A DNA stretch of 61,327 nucleotides, filler included, from Sphacelaria rigidula (Eukaryota): the NCBI GenBank assembly GCA_964200075.2. It is 10 parts of 10 records of this genome, joined end to end, with 100 filler letters (N's around TTAATTAATTAA, not from the genome) between each part and the next. Parts side by side here need not be neighbours in the genome. Positions count along the whole stretch, not along the records: positions 1 to 6,044 come from CAXNAA020022608.1; positions 6,145 to 12,187 come from CAXNAA020022609.1; 8 more parts are not named here. One strand, written 5' to 3'. Below the pieces are notes generated by a model. That model had not been told where the DNA came from. It made no database searches and worked only from the letters and a program-made list of their open reading frames with translations. The position numbers and the translations under genes are program-made. Each line of letters begins with the position of its first letter. Position 1 is the stretch's first letter. Of the stretch, positions 1-11,800 are shown in pieces.

Positions 1-2046
1 AATCGAGGCATAAGTGTGCTGTCGCAAATACCTCGTGGGGGAACGAAAGGCCAGAAATCCCTCAAAATAGTTTTAGGGAGGTCGGGAGGGATGGGGTGGT
101 CCATATGAAAGTAGTTTGTCATAAATTTTGGTCAGGGAAAGCACGGCTTTTGAGTTGAACCTCACTTTTTTTTTCAATCCAATTTTCCAGAATCCACTGT
201 TGGATACTGTCACATTCCGCAGTTTTAATCGTCTCAGACCAAGAGTGGCGGGAAGAGCGGTGGACACTTCCAGCATGAAGAGCTCGCATCACGGGCGGTG
301 TGCGGAGGTGGGAAAAACACCATCACGCACGAGACCCGTCAGAGCACACATCGCAAGTGATTGCTACTGAAATAAGGTCGCGTCCCGGTAGTACACGGCG
401 AACTTGTGCAGGGTTCTCTAAATGCCGGCCCGACCCCGCGCGCACGGATTTCGAATCATACTTGTATACAGTACAGTATATACGTATGATACTGCTTGCT
501 GTCTGTGTTTACGTGGTGTACCACCCCTTGCTCTTCCACATCTAGTACAGCGGTCGGCGTTGCAGCTAAGTGTGCATTCGCCCTAGGTAGCGCACGCAAG
601 AGTAATAGGTCGCCTCTGCCGCTATAATTCCTGCCTATATCTTGAGTGAAGCTGTATGGTAGCACAGCCGCTATGGGGCGCAAGCCGGCTGTAATAATTC
701 ATACCGCGTGGAGACTTCTACACTGTCTTAAAGTCATACTGCGCGCAGTTCCCACTTTTGTACGAGTACTGTGCACGTCGCGGAAGGCAATAGCTTCCAT
801 ACTGTTCACAGTACACGCTTAAAAATTGTATACTGACTGTACAAAGCTCTTGTCTAGGGTATATTACATTTCCATACATATCAGGTGGTGAGATCGTGAA
901 ATAATCCACAGCACATGGCCGAAGTGGAAGTGAGGTAATCACCGAAATATTCGCGTGCAAAGCCGGTGCGGCCGTACTCCCGAGTTGATAACGCTAGAAG
1001 AACACCAGTGCAACGGCCATTTTGGCTGCCGGCCTGTTTGCAGGGCCGTCCCGGTAGTGGTGGGACTATCTATACCGGGATGTCGCCCCCAGTGCCAGGT
1101 AGGCCGGCAAGGGTCCGTGGCACTACCCACTGGTCGCGCGACAGGAGCTTAATCTTTGACTGTCGAGATTTTTTAAGCGGAAATGTTCAGCTCCCAACCC
1201 TCGCATATACAGCGGACCATAAACGACGCTTGTTTGCTGGGTTTCTTCGAGCGTTCGTCCATAACTGGGCGAAGATTGATGATGAGGCCGGCAGGATCCG
1301 TCGCAGCCTGCGTGGACAACTGTCACTGTACCCACTCTCTCTAGCCGTCATCAGAGAGCAAGGTGTTGAAAAAATGAAATGCCACGCACCGTGGGTATCT
1401 ACCGTATTGATGCACACCAGGCCATCAGCGACTTCCCCTGCTGCAGCTGTGATTGTGACCTCTTTCTCTACTACCAATCTGCACATCCTCAGTGTTCTTC
1501 ACCATGCTTTTGTGGATTGTTATGTTCGCATAGTTGGGGCACACATGACGCAGATGTGACCGTGTTTGAGGCTTCACGTCAAAACTAAATGATGAGGGAT
1601 CTCAGATCATTCGACTTGTGTTTGCTGCTGACTAGGTCAAGGCAATGTCCAGCTGTTTTCGACTGCTTTGCTTCCATGTTCTCATGACATTCGCTGCATA
1701 ACCGCTGTCTTCGTATTCCCAAATCATCGAGAACGCAAAGAAAATCACGGTGAAAAAATACCCCGCCATGAGCGGGCTTTTGTGATTCTTGTTTGAACTT
1801 TTTCACGATCTTGAAGGCTTTTGTGGATCGGGATCGACACCCCGCGAAATAGAGTCAGTGTGGGCGACTTTCGATGGCCAGAACACGCGCCACGCGTATC
1901 ACATGACACCTAAACCTCACAGGTAATGTACCGCTGTACCTTCTTCGTACAATGCGAAACAAAGCGCGATATAAGATGCCTTGCCGTCAGAGAAAACTCG
2001 GCAAAAGTGGTGAAAATGACGAAATGATACATGTACACACACTATT

Positions 2047-2248
2047 AGAGAGCTTCGGAATACGCGTTTTCGTCATTTCAGCGTGCAGATATATCAGGAT
2101 CATAGTGCAGAATGAATAAAAGCCCCTCATCGGAGAAAAGTCAAGGGGATACCACATCTGACGGAGGGGGAAATAATTCTTCGTTACAGTCTGATCCTGA
2201 GATATTCGCACTTTGAAATGACAAAAAAGCGTTTTTCCGAAACTCTCG
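2047..2248. mobile_element. Palindromic MITE-like element with long imperfect TIRs and ATT target-site duplication
   Basis: The left arm AGAGAGCTTCGGAATACGCGTTTTCGTCATTTCAGCGTGCAGATATATCAGGATC matches the reverse complement of the right arm. ATT flanks both ends (2044-2046, 2249-2251). The right half recurs at about 45990-46108. Confidence 0.7.
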
Positions 2249-3789
2249 ATTATTCTGTCCAAGGTGAGGAGTATTGCGCTACGATGATCGCGCTGTGGTC
2301 AAGCCTCGACTTGTTTCACGTCGGAAGGCCTGCGCGTGAGTCTTTGGTCAATTATTATGCATGACTTCTTTCCTCTTTTTTTTTTCTTTTCTTTTCCACA
2401 CTATGACCGCCAGGGTGGCTGGCGCGAGGGAGGACATCGGTGGCTTTTCACGTATTTTTTTGTTAGCGCGAAAAAAAGACCGATTGAACGCATGACCCAC
2501 ATCGTGCGGCCGGGTCAACGGGCTCATGGAGACAAGCACACAACCGACAACCGACAACCGGAAAGGCGCAAATTCGACTCTTTTTTTTTTCCTTCGTATT
2601 TTCTTATTTCCCCGGCAAGAATGCGGACATCACATGAGGTGGGGTCATGACGACTGCACAAGAAATATGCGAGATGCACACACACGAATCTCTTTCAACC
2701 GTGGGTCATACGGACGATGACACAGACGTACCAGCCATCCGCAACTACTCTACGCACCCTCCCCGTACAAATGTTTCGGTTGGCTCCGCCGCTTACACTT
2801 TATCTCGTGTACAAGATTGATCGACTAATCGATTGTCGCACTTCAACTGACCCCACCAGGGATCCATCCAGCCGTGGTCACGGGATAGACGTACCCAAAA
2901 CAAAACAAAACCGAATCACTCGCTGAAGAATAAAAAGAAGGAACAGAAAAAGTCCGACAGAGCAACGTAGAGATCACTACTTCGTATTACTTGACGAGAC
3001 CAACTAGGTACGCTTGAACCGGCTTTGCTCCCGTCCCGCTGTCTACTCCACGCGTAGAAGAATGTGGGTGACAGCTCAAAATGTCGCACGTCCGAACCTT
3101 CTCCAATCGTCGGGGGACTTTCTCCTTCTTCTATTTATTTTTGTGTCCCCGCTGCAAGAGCGTTCGTTGCCCGAGGAATGCCAAGTTCGGTGTGTACTAT
3201 TTTTTCCTGTCACGAATACTTTTGAATGGATTTTCAAAAATTTCGAGTAAAATTTGTGAATGACGTGCAGGCGGAATGGATGATCACTCACGACAGATGT
3301 CAGCTACGCGGAGTAGTTTTCAACAGTAGTGAAGTTTACCGCAGTTGGGCGCAAATAAGCGATGTTTGAATATTTGCTTGGTTTTAGTGTAGACGTCATA
3401 TTCGGAACTAAAAGAAGCCGCCCCGCACCGGTGGTCTAAATTAAAACGGTACAGCTGTCGCACCGTAAGGCCGGAGAAATGCGTGTATGATCGACTCCCA
3501 GCAGATTGCATGTATTTTGGATGTTTCTCTGAAAAAACATCATGATTTTCCGTCGTGAAAAGCATGAGAACGTACGTGAGTAGCAAAACACACATATGTG
3601 ACAAAAGTCGACGCGGTGCATGAGTGGTCATCATCCACATCCGCGACACCAAATCGCAAGGTTTGTACCGGAGGGTTAGCGTTAGTTCGAAGTACTTGAT
3701 TTCCGATAAATTTCTTCGAAGATTCAATGGACCAAGTGGTAAGCACACCTCCTTCTCAACCCCTCCCTCTTCCTCGGGACAAAGAAGTA

Positions 3790-4170
3790 GCCGGTGTTGT
3801 CGAGGGATTCAATCCATCTCAAATTTTCCCCGCCTACGGTTCGACAAATACAAAGTATGTGCCAGTCATGCACACCCTAGACGATACGATAAAATATTGC
3901 ATTGTCGAAAACTGTACTGCGTACAGTATGGAATCTTTCGTCTATTGCATCAGACGCAATAGTCAATACTGTACGCGGTAGACTCATTGACCATGTAATC
4001 TATTGTCATCATGCAGGATGTGCAGTCATGGATAATGACAATGGCGCCAAAATTGGGCAAAACTCGCCTCATGTTGCAATATATGACCAGATGTGCACCA
4101 TGCATGACAACGGGTGCGTCGGTCTGCCGAGCATCAAGGGGAGCGAAAAAAACAGCAGCATGCATCGAAA
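3790..4170 (+). pseudogene. Possible decayed Cys/His repeat relic (EsV-1-7-like)
   Basis: Across shifting frames it reads PAYG..CASHA, YCIVENC..SF..QYC, YCHHAGC and CTMHDNGCVGLPS..MH, resembling the CxxxGCxxxPSFG...CxxH repeat. Contains stops and frameshifts. Visual match only. Confidence 0.3.
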
Positions 4171-4756
4171 CTCCTTTTATTTTTTATTTTTTTCCGGGGT
4201 TTTGGTCGCATAACTCAAAAGTAGCGTTGGACGCATAAACAACACATTGCACATTCATTAACGACACTCATCACAGAGAAGCGAGTGCCGCTCTCATTTT
4301 TCGCCCCCCAACAAGTTACACCGCACACCTGATATGTGTATCTATGTCGGAACGACCAATCCCCCGCCTCAAAAAGTTTCTCCGCCTGGTGAGGGGTCAC
4401 ACATCTGGACACGTTCTGAGGACTGCACGGCAAGACCATATGGTTGCAGCTCCTGACAGTGCAGAAATCGAAGCGAGATAAAAGAATAAAAAATAATCGA
4501 AAAGAGAGGGCCGGGAGGAAAGGAGAGGAAGCATCGGCTGTTGATTAGAATTCAGCACAATTTTGCCAAACGGCCAGAAGTACTATGGATAATAAAAATT
4601 GCGTCACATCTATGTCGTCCCAGGATGAAGAAAGTCAAATCACGATGACGTCACAGTTGATATCATGATATAGAATCAAAAACTACTGTTGGCACTGCGA
4701 TTACTCTCCAGTGCGGACTCCCCTGTCCACAAGGGTTTATCATTTGTATTCTTATT

Positions 4757-4792
4757 GGGGTCGGGGTTCGGGTTCGGGTTCGGGTTCGAGTT
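4757..4792. repeat. (GGGTTC)n telomere-like microsatellite
   Basis: Sequence reads GGGGTCGGGGTTCGGGTTCGGGTTCGGGTTCGAGTTCG. Confidence 0.7.
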
Positions 4793-5332
4793 CGATTTAT
4801 GGTTCTGCTTCGGGGTAAGGCTCAACAGAGCAGGTGAACAGGATAGAACAGAACAGAAAAATATGCGCACCCCTCCCACCGTCAGGACCGCACTCCCAAG
4901 TGTACACTACCCACACTCTGTAAAAATAATAATAAATACTCAAGTTTGGATTTCTCGAGAGTATGTGGTCGTAAGATACAGACTTCATGACCGCGACTCC
5001 AAGAAGTCCAAGGTATGCGTTTTGCGCTACAGGATCTCGGCGCTCTGTTGCGCGTACCACAGCGGGAGCTGGGCCGTTTTGAGCACTCCTTCAGTCGTCT
5101 CAGTAGTCACGAATATGTAGAACGGGAGGAACCGGGACGGGGGAGGGATCGGACGGTAATCCTTCCCAATGCCAAAAAAAAAAATGGGACGGGAAAACCC
5201 GTCCCGTTCCAGCATTCTTCCCGCGAGCTGTTATTCCCGTGAAAAGTCCTCGATTACTCTTTGTATTCCGCACGCACAACGTGTTGATGAGGTGAGTAGA
5301 AGAACGGAGAGCGCGCGGGCACGAGGGGGCGA

Positions 5333-5500
5333 GGGGTACTCATAATCTTGCATGCCGTAGTCATTTGACCATTGACCTCGCACCCCTACAAAGCCGGGAC
5401 GGAGCACACCGGGTTTTCACCGGACCAGGCTCGCAGTCAACCACCAAGCGCCAAGTGTCGTGATGTGTTTGGCGAGTCGGATGAAGGATGAACCGCATCC
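5333..5500 (+). repeat. Interspersed repeat family beginning (G)n-GTACTCAT
   Basis: Matches the reverse complement of 35821-35990 over about 170 bp. Partial or variant copies lie at 12101-12170, 24415-24463 (rc), 43002-43070, 43071-43143, 60652-60686 (rc) and 61252-61280. Confidence 0.8.
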
Positions 5501-6044
5501 TAGACACTTTCTATGATAGACCCCCCCCCCCCAAAAGTGCGTGGTTTGGGAAGGCAAAATCATGACGTAAATCAAAATGGAAAAAGCCGAGCACAACAAG
5601 CAGCTGGGAATTCCCACACTCTTGTTTGTTATCGCCAATGTCGCCAATATGAGGCGCATCATGCAGCCTGAACTCAAAGATCAGGCGCTGTATGATCATT
5701 TTTTTCGTGACACTTTTGGGCTGGTTTGGGGGGAAGGGGAGGGGTATCGTAGAAAGTGTCCCTGCTATGATTGTTCGGCCCGAAGCGTACTGATTATCTT
5801 GCATATGATCCCCATCCCGGAGCGATTGTCAGCTCTCCGAATCAATCTTTCTGGCTGATCTGGTATCAATAGTTGAAATCTAACGCCGAGTGCGCCTTGG
5901 TCTGTGGAACATAGATTATCGGATGGGACAAAGACATCGAGGGGAGGGGGGGGGGGGGGGGGGGGGCCCTCTTTTGTCCCTTCCCTTAGTCTTTTGACCA
6001 TTCACCCCCCATCCCTTTCGGGGCGGGGGGGGGGGGGGCGCCCC

Positions 6045-6144
6045 NNNNNNNNNNNNNNNNNNNNNNNNNNNNNNNNNNNNNNNNNNNNTTAATTAATTAA
6101 NNNNNNNNNNNNNNNNNNNNNNNNNNNNNNNNNNNNNNNNNNNN
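6045..6144. other. Artificial contig-joining spacer, first of nine (others: 12188-12287, 18331-18430, 24474-24573, 30617-30716, 36760-36859, 42902-43001, 49044-49143, 55186-55285)
   Basis: Each spacer is 44 N + TTAATTAATTAA (stop codons in all six frames) + 44 N. The segments between them are 6044/6043/6042 bp in descending order. Confidence 0.98.
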
Positions 6145-7031
6145 CGCTGAGCGTGTGCCCTTCAACAGATTCTTACTGCAACCAAAATATCGGGTATACC
6201 TTTAATAACAGAACTGTATCTCTTATACCCCCTTCATCCATATGTCATAATCCAATCACAATATCCATTTCCAACTCATCCAGGCCTGTCCGCGTGTATC
6301 CAACATTGAGTGTGAGTATACTCGATTAAAGATAGCCTCCAGGTGTCTTATCTCACTGCAAAAGGACGGTGTACAACCACACCTGCGCGTTGTATGCAGT
6401 AAGCGTAGGGCCGTGTCATAGCGCGGTGAGGAGACGATGTCAATCTGTAGCAGTAGATCGTGCCTGAACTATTTGTTTTTCCACCTACGCATGTGACTAA
6501 TCACGCGGGGAATTGCACTTCATATTATGCCCGTTTTTACTGTAAAATAGACACATAAACAAAGCATGGTGGTCGCGGCTGCACCCCTAACTTCAAACTC
6601 AGTCGGTTTCTCTTTTCTTTTGGTGACTTCAACTTGCACTTCAAAAGAAGTGAACACCAGGGTGACACCCGGTTGAGCCGGTCCTTGGAAAGAGCCGGAT
6701 CCAACCAAATGTAAAGAGGCATGTTTATGTATTCCGTCTCTTGACGAATTACATCATCCTCACCCCTGACTGCGGTACTAGCCCGCAATCAGCCCTCCGG
6801 GCGCGTAGTGTCGTTTCGAATCGACGGCCCATCATCGTACTGCCCTCATCCACCACGCCACGCCGCGATCCGTAACACCTCTGGGTTCGGTTCTTCAACC
6901 TTTTGAGGGCCTGCAGGCCCTTAAGTGCCTTAGGAGGGTACCGTTTCGCATAATCTCGGGATCTTTGCCTATTTGTCTGCCCCCATAAACAAGTTCGTTT
7001 TCCATCTTTCAGAGTCCTCGGTTCGGTGGAG

Positions 7032-7072
7032 GAAGGGAGGGAGGGAGGGAGGGAGGGAGGGAGGGAGGGAGA
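7032..7072. repeat. (GGGA)n microsatellite
   Basis: Seen directly in the sequence. Confidence 0.9.
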
Positions 7073-7346
7073 GAGGGGTGTTATTGTGAAGCTTTGGTAC
7101 GTCCCATCACATTGATGTTGTAGTAAGCTTTTGTTCTCTGTGGGCAGCGAGACAAAGAAAACAAAACTCACCCTGAGATGCAGGCGGTGCCGCCAAGGTT
7201 GTTGTACGTGCTGACTGTTCCAAGCCGTACGGTGTAGCCCTTGTGTCGACAAGTATTGAGGTTGAGCGATTCGAGTTTTTAGGGTATATGACCTGGAGTA
7301 CAACCAGGACGACGACAACGCAAGTCTGCCTTCTTCGGAGAAGGGG

Positions 7347-7880
7347 CTAGGGGCTGGGGGTTAGGCACCTGAAAAGGAGACACGAACTCCTGGCATCCAT
7401 CTCAACATTGGGCGAGAAAGCGGCCGGAACCACAACGTTTCGTTGCGTTTCGGCGACAAACTCCCTACTCGATCCTGCTGCTGTCGCTGATGTTGCTACT
7501 GCTGATGTTGCTGGTGCTGATGTTGCTGTCGCTGCTGTTGCTGTTGCTGTTGCTGCTGTCATTCGGGGGGGTTCCCCGGATGTCTTGAAGTCAAAAATGT
7601 TCTGTTCCGGTCCGTATTTTACGATTTCTTCATCCTTAATCACTGTCATTTTCTCAAATACTCTCTTGAGTTTCTCTATCTCTTTCGCAAGTCTCTCGAT
7701 CTTCCGTTGTTTCTCCCTTCTCTCGAACTCCGCCCATCTTCCCTCAACCTCTTTCTTCCGTTGCCACTCTCTCTCTGTCTCTCCCAACCACCTTTCGTAC
7801 TCCCCAGGTTCGTATGTCATTACCTCTCCTTGCTCCGAAGAATTCGGCGTTACTCTTTCAACCCATCCTTGAATTCGCAA
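7347..7880 (-). other. Uncharacterised intronless open frame: E/K/R-rich coiled-coil-like segment followed by an Ala/Thr tract, possibly TE-derived
   Basis: 177 codons open (EREWQRKKEVEGRWAEFERREKQRKIERLAKEIEKLKRVFEKM..TAATATATAATATS). No recognisable domain. Confidence 0.3.
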
Positions 7881-9389
7881 TTTTTCGCATCCCGGACAAC
7901 AACAGCCTTAGGTCGCCCATGTTGTCATCTCGTTTCTCCAGTAACAGTGCCTTCTGCACCAACACATGGCTCACCTCACGCCCAAGACTTATACCAGTCG
8001 ACTCTTGCTAGACTACTGCCGAGATAGCCCCCCCCGAACCGACCAAAAACGTGCACGGAGGCGATGATCATAAATGCCGTTAGAGGTGGTTTCGTGCTGC
8101 ACGACGCGACTCCTTTGGGCTTCATAGCTGATTTCGGACTGCATTTGTCGCTAGCTGTTTTCTGATCAGCAGCTACAGTTGGGAATGGACGGTATTTCCC
8201 CCCATAATTATTTTCCTCCATTTTTGAGTCTTGAAGAGTTGAGTGAGGGGGAGAGAGCAGACATGGCTTTTGCAGTACTGGTACCCAGCCGAGGACCCTT
8301 CACGGTCGGCAAACCACAAAGGCGAGTGGATATCAACTGTTTTTATGCATTCCTCTACCACGCGAATGAGACCATCTTCCGAGCTACTGCCGCCCAACGG
8401 GGTATCGTCCTCACCGGAAAACTGGAACCGTGCGAAGGATGCTTCGAGGATAAGGAGTGACGGGCAGGTATTCCGCATTCGGGCTTACGGGCTTTGACGG
8501 TCCTTGACATCGTGCACCTCGATTTGACCGAACTCCATACACGTACTCTGGGAGGGTCCATGTACATGTCGGCCTGCGTCGACAGTAAATCTCGTTTGAA
8601 AATGCTGTAGGAGCTAGCACGGATAGGTCGCCTTGGTGATGGTGAAACGCCACCTCGCTGACATCAACCGCTTCGGTATCCCGCGCTGCTCCTGCATCGA
8701 CAACGGTGGTGAGTTTCCCTCCCAGGAATTCATCGACTTCTGCGATAACGCCCGCATCCGCCGCGAGACCACTGCGCCTGATACCCCAAAGCAGAACGCG
8801 GTCGCTGGAAGCGCAATCTAGCGCACAATGAAGGCCGGGAACGCCGCGCGCTGCGAGGCGTCACGACTATCCCCCAATATCAATTTTGCCGAAGTTCGTT
8901 ACCTAGGCGGCGACCTGGATCGTCTATGGCTAGAGGCCGCCGTCTGGCCAGCTGGTGGTTTCAACCGCTCCGCAACTACGGCCAACCCCGGCAAACTGCC
9001 TCCATACCAAGTTTTCACTGACCGACAGCCACCTCTTCAAATCGTACCTTTTCTACAGCCCGGTATGATCCGCGTCACCCGAAGATCGAAGATGGACGTC
9101 CAAGCTGTGCGCTGCTTCTAACATAACAACGGCAGCAATCACTCCTCAACAACCGTCAAGGTTCTCAAGGCCGACACAGGTGCCGTTTGTTACACTAACA
9201 ATGTGACGTGGACGGTACCTCGACAACCCTTTTCCCAGCCGGCGCCGCTCGACGTCAGAGAGGGGGGGGGTGGGGGCCATCAATCATCCCGCTGCCGACG
9301 CCGCCGACGCACCGACACTACCGCAACCTTTCCCCGATGCCGCACCATCGTGGCTACCACCTGCAACGCCGCCGACACTACACCCTCAA

Positions 9390-9625
9390 TTCTCGCTCCG
9401 ACCATGCCGAATTCTACACCTTTTCGCCTGACTATTCCAAAATCCAGACATTCCATTCCTGCTCCGACCATGCCGAATTCTACACCTTTTCGTCCGACTA
9501 TTCCAAAATTCATACATTCCATTTCCGCTCCGACCATGCCGAGACCTACTACTTTTCAACATGCTCCGACCATCCTGAGACCGACACATTCTTTCCCCGC
9601 TCCGAGCTTTCCAAGATTTACACCT
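9390..9625 (+). repeat. Coding minisatellite (33/66-bp unit) in the Copia INT-RT linker
   Basis: GCTCCGACCATGCCGA recurs at 66-bp spacing. It translates APTMPNSTPFR/LTIPKSRHSIP/APTMPNSTPFR/PTIPKFIHSIS/APTMPRPTTF. Confidence 0.85.
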
Positions 9626-11560
9626 GTCAAAATCATCGTCCAACAACCGCGCCACACACGACCATGTTCCACCTTCACAATCCAGCAATCGCAATCATCC
9701 CTCATTTCTCCCCCTCCACGACCGCCTACGCAACAACAACCGTATTTTGCTTCAATTCCACCCCAACACCCGAATAGATCACCGGCATCACCGCCACTAT
9801 TCAATAATTCACAAGCACCATCACCAATATCATCGGCAACAAGATCTCCACCGCCATCAACAACCAACGTCCAAGATTGTTCGTTTTCACCAATCCCGCC
9901 GAGATTTGCCAGGGAACTTGATTTGGAAACAGATCCACGACAGCCAGGGAGGGCACGCTCGGGTACAGCACAATATCTATCTGGAAGGACTACGTCAACA
10001 TCACTCATTAATCAAGACTTGGGCCTTTTATCACAACTGGACAAGCAATGTTTTCTGTCCGCCCATCTTATCTGCAGAGCAGTAGAAATTGGAAGGAAAC
10101 AGGACTACAATGCAGGGGGGCGAAAGGGTATCCCGTTCCGAGACGCAACGATGCTGGCAACGCGAGAGAACATCAGAGACGCCATGCAGGAACAACATGC
10201 GCCGCGCACGACACCAAACATTCCACAGATTCCAGTGAAGGACCTTAAGACACCCACGACGTAAGCAGAAGCTCTACAGTCGGAGTATGGGGGTGTGTGG
10301 GTAGACTCAATGGCTCGAGAGTTTCAAGGTATTTAAGACGCAGGGACAGTTGATTCAGCCGAGTAGCAATTAGTTCATAATATATTAACGCGAAATAGGT
10401 CTATGCTTGAAAGGCTGATGAGTTTGGGTGGGCTACCAAAGCAAAATCAAGACTGATTGCAAGAGGTGATATGTAAAGAGCAGATGCAAATTTTGGTGAA
10501 TTGTATGATCCAACTGTAGCGACTTCATGTGTCTGCCTGTTAGCTGCCTTAGGGTGTGAGCAGGATCTTTCATTGCGTTATTTTGATGTGGAACAAGCTT
10601 TTGTGTAGTCAGAGTTGGAGGAAAACGTTTTTATGCGACTAACTTCAGGTTGTGGGATATTGTCTGGGAAGATCGTGAAATTGAACAAGAGCCTTTATGG
10701 TCTCAGACAAGCGTCCAGGCAATGGCACAATCACTTGGGAACAAGGTCGAAAGGTCTTGGATTCACGCAATGTATGGCGGACCCATACGTTTTTCGTTCG
10801 ATGGAGGAGGAAAAAATATCTATTACGTTGGTGGTACATGTAGATGATATTTTCGCAGTAGGAAGTGTGGAAAGATGTGATATTTGGTGAGAACGTGAAC
10901 AAAATGGTACCGATCAAGAATCTGGGAGAGCTGCGGTGGTGTTCGGGACTATATTACGAGAGAGATTTGGAGAGGGGAACGCTGAGTATATCACAACAAA
11001 CATTTGCAGAGGAGTTGGCACGGAAATTCAATGTTGAGGGGGGTAACAGTATTCCGATGGGGCCCGGTGTGAAGCTTGGAGAGTTCAGAGACAACGAAGG
11101 GCCAACGAAACTACCGTTCAGAGAACTGGTGGGATCACTCATGTGGCTGACCACTCAAGCACGACCAGATATATCTAATGCAGTGCCAGCAGTAGCAAGG
11201 CGTTATGCGTGTCCCAGAATCCTTCATTGGTATGCCACGCTTGGTATTTTGGGATATGTGAAGCGGACCAGTACACTCGAGATTACCTATCGTAACTGAG
11301 CTTTCAGGCTTTTGCTGACGCTAGCTACGCCACCAAGGCAGTGGACACGCGTTCGGTATCTGGGGGGCTAATCATGTGTGGGGGCGGATGTGCTCCTTGG
11401 TTCTCTAAAACGCAAAAATGCGTAGCGCTGTCTACATCGGAGGCAGAGTACGTAGCCATGACTGACGTGTTGAAGGAGGTGATATTTCTCAGACAGGTAT
11501 GGCAATTCATGTTGTCTCGGGTTGGGGTACCGTGTATTTCGTTGTTCGAGGGCAATCAGG

Positions 11561-11800
11561 GAGTGATGCTACGGTAGGGGTGCAGAAATAATTTCTGAGG
11601 GGAAAATTGTTAGGAGCCCCTTCATCTCATCCAAAACACGACTTATGAAAATATGCGAGCGTACGCCAGGATCACCATTCCAATATGCTAAGGATATCCC
11701 GAATAAATCTGCNNNNNNNNNNGTGCGTGTAGAATCGTTAGGAGCCTCTGAACCAGAAAAAAAATCGCGAAAAAAGTGCACCCCTACCGTAGCATTGCTC
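11561..11800. mobile_element. MITE (GAG...CTC termini, about 25-bp TIR, 4-bp TSD CAGG) inserted in Copia RNase H
   Basis: TIRs GAGTGATGCTACGGTAGGGGTGCA / TGCACCCCTACCGTAGCATTGCTC, with CAGG on both sides. Removing it restores FEGNQG-DIQLAHN. Confidence 0.9.

Noticed and set aside
966..1559. 197-aa ORF as a gene
   Set aside because: Non-ATG start, no recognisable domain or splice structure.
1187..1806. hAT transposase relic (AGHCLDL motif)
   Set aside because: A single short motif, with no other conserved blocks or TIRs that I could confirm.
6089..6100. Regularly spaced TTAATTAATTAA repeats as a biological array
   Set aside because: They sit centred in N runs and are six-frame-stop assembly linkers.
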